NCBI RefSeq assembly: GCF_001194135.2
Contig: NC_068995.1
Span: forward strand, 24,453,015-24,486,190
Reading direction: 5' to 3'
DNA length: 33,176 bases
From: Octopus bimaculoides
Taxonomy: Eukaryota
In this document: positions 24,141 through 33,176 of the stretch, piece after piece
Layout of the letters: each line of letters starts with the position of its first letter
Numbering within the stretch: the stretch's first letter is position 1
Program-made: the position numbers and the translations under genes
Notes under the pieces: model-generated
Database searches by the model: none
What the model was told of the DNA's origin: nothing
Seen by the model: the letters and a program-made list of their open reading frames with translations, nothing else

Positions 24141-25200
24141 CAGGGTGTTTGAGCTAAATTTGACTATTTTTTATGTCTCCTTTTTTCAAGAACAGCTTGA
24201 TGTATTGGTGAACAGGCAATGGCATAAAGACTAACCTTTTTGATACCAGCCCAAGGTTCTAAAGTGGTCTAAATTATAATCTTCCATCAAAATTATATGC
24301 TTTGTTCCAGACCCCAGCTTAAGAATTAGAAAGTTATTTTACTAAATTCTTCATTATTTTAAAAATTTATTAAAACAAAAGCAACATAAGTTAACAGAAA
24401 TAGAGTAACAAAAGAGTTAGAGTTGTCGTTGAGAAAAAATTAGCTGCTCTGGAGGAATGGAAACCATCTGAACATTGGAAAAGAGTTACTTGTATTATGA
24501 TGATTTGCAATGAGTAACAAAATGCCAACATCATGATTGCTGCTCGATGCTCTATGGACACCATAATGGCTGTGAGATGTGACGTGGACATCATGAAAAC
24601 CAAGTTCCCCCAAATTATGACGGCCTTTGGGTGTGTCTCCAGTGAAAGAAACATCATGCCAACCCGCATCTTTCAACAGGACCTTTGGCTCAATTCAGGT
24701 GGCTATGTGAAGGTGCTGGAGACTGTGGTCAAACCCTGGTTGGAAAGGTTGCTGCTGGAAGGCCATATGTGTGGCAGCAGGATTCGGCTCCTTGCCGTAT
24801 CTCAAGAAAGTGGTTGTCAGAGAATTTCTATGACTTCACCAGCTCCAAATTCTGATCTCCTAGTTTTCTTGATTGTAATCCCATGGATTACTATGTATGG
24901 AGTACAACTGAGAAGGACAACGATTGTTCTGCCTGCGATACCAAGGCCAAACTGATGGCCAAGATCAAGGATGTGCTTTAAGATCTTCCTGGGGACACAG
25001 TGGGGTATGCATGCGCCAGGTTCCATAACCTGCTTGAGGCCATGGTGGAAGCTGAAGACAGCTATTTTGAGTAAACAGTTATCTTCCAGCCATAATCGAG
25101 TTGATATCTTTTGATTTTTTAAAAATGTTTTTTATGTTTGGACTAGATATTGTGTTTTCTTTTCCTTTTGTACAAATTCAAATTTAGCCTAAACACCCTG
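24141..25200 (+). mobile_element. Decayed IS630-Tc1-mariner element, maT/DD37D-like, with both TIRs
   Basis: 23-bp TIRs CAGGGTGTTTGAGCTAAATTTGA and CAGGGTGTTTAGGCTAAATTTGA, with TA on the right side. Transposase remnants KFPQIMTAFGCVSSERNIMP, VLETVVKPWLE, PSFLDCNPMDYYVW and ACARFHNLLEAMVEAEDSYFE*. Confidence 0.85.
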
Positions 25201-25674
25201 TACAGAATTCAATAAACAACAACAACTATTTCAGTTAGTCTGGATATCACTGGCAATTTACAACCATAATTTAATTCATTAACAGTTGTTACTCATAAGC
25301 AACTTGACAAAAAGCCAAATATTCACAAAGGAAAAAGGGAAAAATGAGAGGGTATTTGTCATTTTAACTTTACAAACATCAATGTACATCCCTTATATTA
25401 GTGAGAGTGAGTGATCAACAGACAGGTTAAACATGATCCAACACCCAGATTAAAAACAATTTCACTCAAATTGTTATGACAAAGGGTAAAACAAGAAAAA
25501 AGTTGAATACAAAACTGTGATCACTGACTTACAAGAAATAACAACTAGGTCACTTTCGAATCCTACATTACCCTCTTACATAAAAGGACATGGGTAATGT
25601 AATACAGTTCTATATTTAAGAGACAAGGAATTATGTACATTATTTACATTCAGTTGGTTATGTGAAGGTGCTGG

Positions 25675-25910
25675 AGACGGACATATGGTGTAGTGGTTAA
25701 GAGCGTGGGCTACTAACCCCAAAATTCCAAGTTCGATTCCAGGCAGTAACCTGAATAACAATAATAATAATATTGAAAAATACCTTAGGAATGAGAACCC
25801 AGGTTCGAAATTTCCCCAAGACACCTGATGAAGGCTGGAAAGTATATCAGCCAAAACGTGTTAACAACAAACAAGATGAGGACAAATATCCGTTAAATGT
25901 AAATAATGCA
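25675..25910 (+). mobile_element. tRNA-headed SINE family E with hammerhead-like tail
   Basis: A box tggtgtagtggtt, B box aagttcgattcc, an (aat)n spacer, then gacacCTGATGAaggctg...cagccaaaacgtgtt. Confidence 0.75.
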
Positions 25911-26243
25911 AATAATGGGTAATGTAGTTCTAAATAAATTACCTGAAATAGATGGTATGGTCACAGCTGGAACACATTTCATCATAGGTCTGCTTAATAA
26001 GAGCTGCATGATGTTTAAAATAAATATGGTGGCACTGAGGCAAAGAAAGGGTCCGTTGTTTCTGTCTTATGCCCCTTTATCAGGGAAGGGAAGAAAGATA
26101 AAGATTGACCTGGGGCTAAACAGCAATAACTCTAACCCTATCTCATCATCAAGATCAACATCCAGGTAGAGAGAAAAAGTTACATTCTGATGCCAAAACT
26201 GAACAGAAAGGTTTACACATTATCTGTAAATTGAAAAATTCAC

Positions 26244-26386
26244 CTGTTTAGGTTGCTCTTGAGGTCCATGTTTGAGATCTGTCTTAGGTCGACTCTCTGG
26301 ACGTGTTCGAATGACTGTCACTGGTTGTTTAAATATTGAAGCTGTCTGACGGATTGGCAATGCTAAACTGGAGTCATGGCGCATTC
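26244..26386 (-). CDS. MBD2/3: MBD2/3 coding exon, PIRQTASIFKQPVT region
   Basis: Acceptor tatttctttgacag|GA, donor CAG|GTGAAT. Translates (G)MRHDSSLALPIRQTASIFKQPVTVIRTRPESRPKTDLKHGPQEQPKQ. 143 nt, in frame with the previous exon. Confidence 0.96.
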
Positions 26387-27526
26387 CTGTCAAAGAAATA
26401 AGATCAAAAGCGATAAAACAAAAGGGTAATAATAATTTCTACTTGCTTCTGTAACTAGTAGCTTAATGTTTGGGACCCAACACCACCAGGATAAATATAT
26501 TGTATAACCTACAATATACCTGCTTTAAGACATAACAAGATCAAATCTGACACTCGTGTATATCTGTGTTCCGTAAACACAAAGGACACAATATATCACA
26601 CTAGAAATGTATCCTAAAATCTAATGAACAACAGGCACAAAGTAACAAAAACTGAGTTGAGAGAAGTAGTCTATTTAATACTTAAATGTGTGACACATAG
26701 GATATCTAACTCATATAACTAACTATATACACAATACTTAAGGAAATGAAGCATATGCAAAGTTTATAAGAGGTGATACAACGCGAACGACCACCGATGG
26801 TGTTATACAACCCACAAAAAATCAGTCAAGGTGTACTGAAGGAACAGAACACAGTAGTGCAAGTTGACCAAACTATTTCCACATTACTGACACTGCTTAT
26901 AATAGGGATTTATACAAGCCAACAAGGGAGCTTTAATGTGGTCGCTCAACCTGATAGAAGTAGTGTACAAATCTCTCTCAAACTACATCTCACAGTCTTA
27001 CAAAAGAAAAGATACACTGCATCTGACTTAGGACCAAAGAAGAGTGAAGTAAAAATCAGAGTGCCTAATTGGAGCACAATTAACTCAGTTATTAAGATTT
27101 ATGTGCCTTGGACACAACGCAGAGAGGGAGAGCCAAACTCCCAGCAGGCCTGTCCAGTAATTCAATGAATAGAACTGTCTATAAACTCACACCACTAATA
27201 TATATATTATATTAATATATTGTTGTTAAAGATCACTAGTGATACATGACAGTGAATGTTATTAATGTTTGCAAAGGTGATGTTATCAATTTTATGAAAT
27301 AATGCAAGGTATATTTAATAACCATTTTTAAAAATAAAATTCTCCTCACATTATCTATTTGGAGATTGTGTAATTAGCTTGGAAATTAAGGTCATGGATC
27401 AGTAATGGATCTCTAACTACTATACATTAATAAATATACACTTATATTAAATATCCTCTATTTTGTTCATGAAACCACTTGTAAAGTATTATCATTATAC
27501 ATACATACATACGAGATATATAAATG

Positions 27527-27576
<50 letters not shown>

Positions 27577-27841
27577 CACATAAATTTATATATATATATC
27601 CACTTCATACAACTTATACTCAGTCACAGTTTATTCTAACATCCTACCAATCCTGGTAAAATTAATTTTTATGCAAAAAAGGAGAGTAAAATTGAAAAAT
27701 AGTCATACTTATCATAGCTGAAGGGACACCCGAAATAGAAATCCTCTACTGGCAAAGACAGAAACAACAGAGTCTGTCCACCATTTCCCAGTACAGAGCA
27801 AGTATTAAGCAAGTTATAATCTGAAGTAAAGAATTACAAAC

Positions 27842-27999
27842 CTCGAGCAAAGTCAAACGACGAACCTTTAGACCGCTTGCTTTTCCGCAGAGCACTGTGG
27901 ATGATTCGTCCGGTTCGGAAGTCAAACGCACTGAGATCAATGACATCTCCTAGATGTCGAGCGAGCTGGGGCTTGCTGCGTATTTTCTTGCCATCAGGG
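27842..27999 (-). CDS. MBD2/3: MBD2/3 coding exon, C-terminal half of the methyl-CpG-binding domain
   Basis: Acceptor tttcttttacatttcaag|C, donor CGAG|GTTTGT. Translates (S)PDGKKIRSKPQLARHLGDVIDLSAFDFRTGRIIHSALRKSKRSKGSSFDFAR(G), matching vertebrate MBD2 SPSGKKFRSKPQLARYLGNTVDLSSFDFRTGK. 158 nt, phase 2 to phase 1. Confidence 0.96.
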
Positions 28000-28249
28000 C
28001 TTGAAATGTAAAAAGAAAATATATTCATGCAATAGGACTGTTGGGTTAACTAATAGCATCCAAAATAAGGTAGCAAAACAAATTCTGCGTACATGATGGT
28101 CTTTGGTCCCACACCAAAAACTATACAGTTAAAAGATATTTTAAGTAGACTCACACAAGAAGTTTTATTTCTAGAAACCCCTGTCATTGTTGATATTATC
28201 ATTATCATTTACAATAATACCTGAGAAGATACATCAAGCTAAGTGAAAT

Positions 28250-28478
28250 CATAGTCGTGGCCTGTGCCAGTGACACATGATAGGCACCTGTGCTGGTGAC
28301 ATGCAAAAGCCACACAGCACATTTTATGGAGTGGTTGGTGTTGGGAAGGGCATCCAGCCATAGAAACCAAGCCATAATGGACTATAGAGCCTAGTGCAGC
28401 TCTCTGTCTTACCAGCTCCAGTCAAACCATCTAACCCATATCAGCATGGAAAATGAACGCTAAATGACGATGTTGATA
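28250..28478 (+). mobile_element. Family D SINE or RTE tail
   Basis: gtggttggtgttgggaagggcatccagccatagaaacc...ccagctccagtcaaaccatctaaccca...gctaaatgacgatg. Confidence 0.75.
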
Positions 28479-28509
28479 GTTTAAGCTTATAGAAGCTATA
28501 TCAAATATA

Positions 28510-30020
28510 CACAAGTATGATTCCAAGGGAGAGGAAGTTCCTCATGAGACGATGGATGATGGTTGCAAATCGCCTCAACCAACATCCCAAAAATAGAATA
28601 CATTGACGGCGATTGAAAAAAGCCTGCAACAATCCTATGCGAAGGAGAGAGCAAAACACATCAAGTCCAATCCAAAAGCCTTTGTTCATTATGCCAAAGA
28701 AACAGCCTTAGTACACTGCAAAATAGCACCCTTCTTCCAAAAGGATGGCTCCATCACAGACAGTCCAACTAGGATCAGTGAGGTACTGAATGACCAGTTC
28801 AAAAGTGTCTTTACCACCCCGTTGGAACACAGACAAGTGAACGAACCAGTGGATTTCTTTGCCACCTCACCTATAACCAGCGAGGCAGTTACAATGGAAT
28901 ATATCAACATTAGCGAAGAAGATATACTACTAGCCATTGATAAGGTGGATGCAAACTCAGCTCCTGATGGTTTCCCAGCAATCCTCCTCTCAAATTGTGT
29001 AAGTGTGCCCTGGAGAAAACCACTACAGATTCTCTTCCAGAGCTTTCTTACAAATGGCACGCTGCCAAGCAAACTGAAGGAAGGAATAATATGCTCAATC
29101 CATAAAAGGGGAAGCAGAGCAGATGCCAAAAACTATAGGCCTATCTATCTAACTTCATACATCAACAAAATCATAGAGGGAAACTAATCACATTCCTTGA
29201 GGTAAACATCTTGCTGAGTGATACCCAGCATGGTTTTTGATCAGGTAGGAGCTGCCTGACCCAGCTCCTACAGCACTATGACTGGGTATTGCTAGCATAG
29301 GTTGGACGATTTGACTGGGGACTGATGGTTACACCAGACACCAATCTGGGTACTGAAGCAGTTACTCGACAACTCAAATGTGGATGCAATATACCTTGAC
29401 TTTGCAAAAGCTTTTGATAAAGTTGATCATGGTATGATATACCACAAACTGCGCGACCTTGGCATAGCTGGAAAACTTGGAGAGTGGTTGGCCAATCGAG
29501 CCACCTCAAAGAAAACACAAATAGTGAATGGTGTTCCACAGGGCACTGTCTTGGGACCACCGCTTTTCATAGTGGCCCTCTCAGATATGCCCTCAGCTGC
29601 CCGGATAGCCAACCTTGCTAGCTATGTAGACAATACGAAAAGTCTTGCAGAAAATACAAAACCCTAGCATTGTCGCATGCCTACAACAGGAGTGGGATGC
29701 AATTTACAGATTGACTGAGGACAATAATATGCAGTTTAATGCTGGAAAACTCCAAGCCCTATGCTACCAACACCCAAAACTGAACAAAAGGCTTACAGGG
29801 TACACTGGCCTAGGGGTGATTACAATCCCAGAAGCTAAATCAGTGCATGACCTGGGTATAGACAGGATTCATGATACCTCTTTCCAAGTGCACATTACCA
29901 AATTGGTGATAAAGTGCAGACAGCTGGCTGGATGGATCTTGAGAACCTTCAGAATCAGAGAGAAGGAAACAATGATGGTCCTCTAGAAGACATTCATACT
30001 CAGCTACCTTCACTACTCTG
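28510..30020 (+). mobile_element. Decayed CR1-like LINE ORF2 (reverse transcriptase), antisense to MBD2/3
   Basis: KSNPKAFVHY, KNYRPIYLTSYINKIIE, DAIYLDFAKAFDKVDHG, GVPQGTVLGPPLF, YVDNTK (a decayed YADDTK), NNMQFNAGK and GWILRTF. Frameshifts and stops. Confidence 0.92.
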
Positions 30021-30107
30021 AGCTGAAACTACAAAAAAAAATATATATATAAATATATATATATATAAATATAATTATATACATATCATGGTATATTTAT
30101 TACATAT

Positions 30108-30213
30108 NNNNNNNNNNNNNNNNNNNNNNNNNNNNNNNNNNNNNNNNNNNNNNNNNNNNNNNNNNNNNNNNNNNNNNNNNNNNNNNNNNNNNNNNNNNNN
30201 NNNNNNNNNNNNN
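30108..30213. other. Assembly gap within (TA)n
   Basis: N run flanked by TA repeats. Confidence 1.
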
Positions 30214-30245
30214 TATATATATATATATATATTTATATAAATATC

Positions 30246-30665
30246 ATAGGTGCAGGAGTGGCTGCGTGGTAAGTAGCATGCATACCAACCACATGGTTCC
30301 TGGTTCATTCTCACTGCTTCGCACCTTAGGCAAGTGACTTTTACTATAGCCTTGGGCCGACCAATGCCTTGTGAGTTGGTTTGGTAGACAGAAACTGGAA
30401 GAAGCCTGTCGTATATACATATATACACACATATATATTTATGTGTGTGTGTGTGTGTGTGTTTGCATGTGTGTGTGTGTCTGTCCAACCAACATCGCTT
30501 GACAACTGATGCTGGTGTGTTTACGTACCCATAACTTAGCGATTCAGCAAAACTGACCAATAGAATAAGTACTAGGCTTACAAAGAATAAGTTCTAGGGT
30601 TGATCTGTTCGACTAAAGGTGGTGCTCCAGCATGACTGCAGTCAAATGACTGAAACAAGTAAAAA
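30246..30665 (+). mobile_element. Full-length family B SINE with internal (GT)n
   Basis: aggtgcaggagtggctgcgtggtaag...gtggtgctccagcatgactgcagtcaaatgactgaaacaagtaaaa. Confidence 0.88.
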
Positions 30666-30750
30666 GAGAGAATACATATATTACAAATATATATTATTAT
30701 ATATATATTATATATGTATATATTATATATATTATATATATATGTAATAT

Positions 30751-31110
30751 AGGCGCAGGAGTGGCTGTGTGGTAAGTAGCTTATTTACCAACATAGTTTC
30801 ACGTACAATCCCACTGCGTGGCACCTTGGTCAACTATCTTCTACTATAGCCTCGGGCTGACCAGAGCCTTGTGAATGGATTTGGTATACGGAAACTGAAA
30901 GAAGTGCATCGTATATGTGTGTGTGTTGTTGTCCCCCCTCCCAACATCGCATGACAATTGATACCGGTGTGCTTACATCTCTGTAAGTTAGTGGGTCAGC
31001 AAACGACATCAATAGAATAAGTACTACAATTCAAGAGAATAAGTTCTGAGGTCGATTTGTACAACTAATGGCGGTATCGCAGCATGGTCACATCAAAAGA
31101 CTAAAATGAA
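30751..31110 (+). mobile_element. Full-length family B SINE
   Basis: aggcgcaggagtggctgtgtggtaagtagc...cagcatggtcac; a second copy in the same orientation. Confidence 0.88.
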
Positions 31111-31136
31111 TACAGAATAAAAGAATATATACATAC

Positions 31137-31149
<13 letters not shown>

Positions 31150-31170
<21 letters not shown>

Positions 31171-31350
31171 TTAAAAAAAAACACAAAAAACAATAACAAA
31201 AAAGTGAGGACGTGATACGGATAGTGTTATTGGACGCTCAGGAAAGGAAAGAGAGAGAGTATGACGTTTTGGGCGGAGCCCTTCGTCGGAAAGACGGAAA
31301 GTTCAAAGAATGGAAAAACGGAGGAAGAGAAAAATGGCACTGATGCCCAC
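31150..31350 (-). mobile_element. Interspersed repeat with a hammerhead-like core, resembling a PLE end
   Basis: Minus strand reads ...cttt CCGACGA a GGGC tcc GCCC AAAA C GTC atac... with pyrimidine-rich flanks. Confidence 0.5.
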
Positions 31351-32149
31351 GAGGTTACATAAAATATATATATATACACATAATATATAATTTATATATA
31401 TATAATATATACGATAGATAAATATAATATATAGTTTATTTATATTGGGAGTGGGTGTCTTAATGTCAACCAGAGAAGTTGAATTGTTGAGAATCTTTTT
31501 AACTTGGGCCTTATATGTATTGTTCGAATTTCTTTGAAATTGGAAATATGTGTATGTTCACTGTGTTTGTAAAAGAGAGCAAAGCTACAGGAAACCAAAA
31601 GACGAATGATCACAATAAGCAATCAGCTACCCTACCCTACCCTAGTCGTTACTTCTCCCCAATGTAGGATTCCTCACCATACAGGTGACAGACACAGCAG
31701 TTAAGATGCATTACAGGTCTATAGCAATTCGAAGGGCATGACCCAACTCAAACATTAAAAACTGTGTGACGTGAGGGCTAAGGGGAAATGAAAGTGTCAC
31801 CTCTGGAGTTTGCAAATGACCACTATACCGATAGGTAACTGGACAGAATAAGTTTACAATCTATGAATGTCTTTCAATAACCAGTCACTCATCTGGGAAG
31901 GCCTTGAAATCAATGTTACCATCGAGGGACTATGTGTGACCCAGTGATAACGAGGTCTGCAACCAAATAACTTTACTGACCACTTTGCAACTCAATCCTC
32001 ATGAGAAGTGGAAATTTTGAGAATACTTCTTGATGTGTGTCAATTACCCATAGTTGAAATTTCATCAATATCAAAAATTTATGAATTTTCATGGGGGTTC
32101 TGCCCCCTTTAAGCCATCTCAAATACAAACCAAACATACTGCATTATAC

Positions 32150-32360
32150 CTGCCCTGATGCATTGAATCTAAGTTCCAAATATCATAAGGATCCATTCAA
32201 TAAATTTGGTCCATGAAATTGTATGAAACACACAGCATTACCCTTCTCCCTAGGCTTGGATTTTGTGTTCCAAATTTCATTACGGTCGGTGCAGTAGTTT
32301 TCAAATATATAAGTAACACACAAACACACATAAAGACATTGACATTTATATAATAGATAT
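32150..32360 (+). mobile_element. Possible non-autonomous Helitron/Helentron-like tail
   Basis: ccaaatttcattacggtcggtgcagtagttttc...acacacaaacacac...atttatataatagat resembles HINE/DINE-1-type ends. Recall only. Confidence 0.4.
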
Positions 32361-32397
32361 GAATATGCACATATATGTACATGTATGTGTGTGCATG

Positions 32398-32462
<65 letters not shown>

Positions 32463-32519
32463 AAGATAGATTGATAGATACAACTGAGTGGGCAAAGAAA
32501 AATATGAGACACTGCCTAG

Positions 32520-32815
32520 TGCTTTTTTCTATTTTGATAAGCCTGGTACTTATTCTATCAGTTTCTTCTTGTCAAACCAGTAAGTTATGGGGATGTAAAT
32601 AAGCAAACAGCAGTTGTGAAGCAGTGATGAGGGAGAAACACAGAGACAAAGGCACACACATACACTTACATATATACATACATATATATATACAATTGAT
32701 TTCTTTCAGTTTCTGTCAACAAAATCCACTCATAAGGCTTTGGTTGGTGTGAGGCTATAGCAGAAGACACATGCCAAGTCACCATGATGTTAAGAAGCAA
32801 ACTTCTTACCACACA
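32520..32815 (-). mobile_element. Family B SINE
   Basis: ggtacttattctatc...ttctttcagtttctgtcaacaaaatccactcataaggctttgg...aagcaaacttcttaccacac. Confidence 0.8.
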
Positions 32816-33176
32816 CATATAGATACACACTTTCTCATTCCCCACCAACTCTTGCCCATGATGTCCCTTCCCTCCTCGGGCTCTTCTATATCATCCTTGG
32901 CCTGAACAGCCACCAGCACCCTTTGCACCCATCGAGATGAAGAGGCTCGATCACTCACTACAGATTAACTACTCGGATACAAATTAATGCCACTAAAGAC
33001 TCTCTCTCTTTATATATATATATGATGATGATCTTTTCTCCCGCCATGCCTCTGTCTACCCCTCCATCCTCTCTCTCCCCCTTCGTAGTTTTTCCTTTAA
33101 GGTCTTCAGGTTCTGGCTATATATAAATGAGAAACCCATTCTAAATTATCTAGCTGACGTACTACGACGAAATACC

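Noticed and set aside
25675-25750. tRNA-like sequence
   Set aside because: Has A and B boxes but no complete acceptor stem, and continues into a repeat body. It is a SINE head, as are the other tRNA-like heads.
28603-29986. Functional reverse transcriptase gene
   Set aside because: Broken by stops and frameshifts, with the catalytic YADD changed to YVDN.
1-33176. CRISPR arrays, operons or other prokaryotic systems
   Set aside because: The DNA is eukaryotic with spliceosomal introns, and the repeats are dispersed SINEs and microsatellites, not repeat-spacer arrays.

Overview
AT-rich, microsatellite- and SINE-dense eukaryotic DNA from a draft assembly with three N gaps. The repeat families look like those of an octopus or other coleoid cephalopod; this is inferred from recall, not from a search. 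Most entries in the ORF track are noise. The one host gene is MBD2/3 (methyl-CpG-binding NuRD subunit) on the minus strand. Five coding exons (27999-27842, 26386-26244, 23796-23706, 18892-18741, 14210-14115) splice in frame at canonical AG/GT sites to 212 residues plus a split Ser. The exon with the first half of the MBD should lie beyond the right edge, and a probable non-coding last exon starts at 12620. The rest is decayed transposon sequence: a Penelope-like RT piece, RTE and CR1 LINE pieces, a mariner, a maT/DD37D-like element, an internally deleted piggyBac and several tRNA-derived SINE families. The best leads are: (1) a candidate alternative terminal or poison exon with a poly(A) signal just after the MBD exon, predicting an MBD-only isoform like mammalian MBD2c; (2) degenerate hammerhead-ribozyme cores in two repeat families; (3) a perfect 122-bp-arm intronic hairpin; (4) a 3'UTR intron 4 nt after the stop codon; (5) a 269-bp direct repeat with an NRF1-type motif across a gap. 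I see no complete novel multi-gene system.
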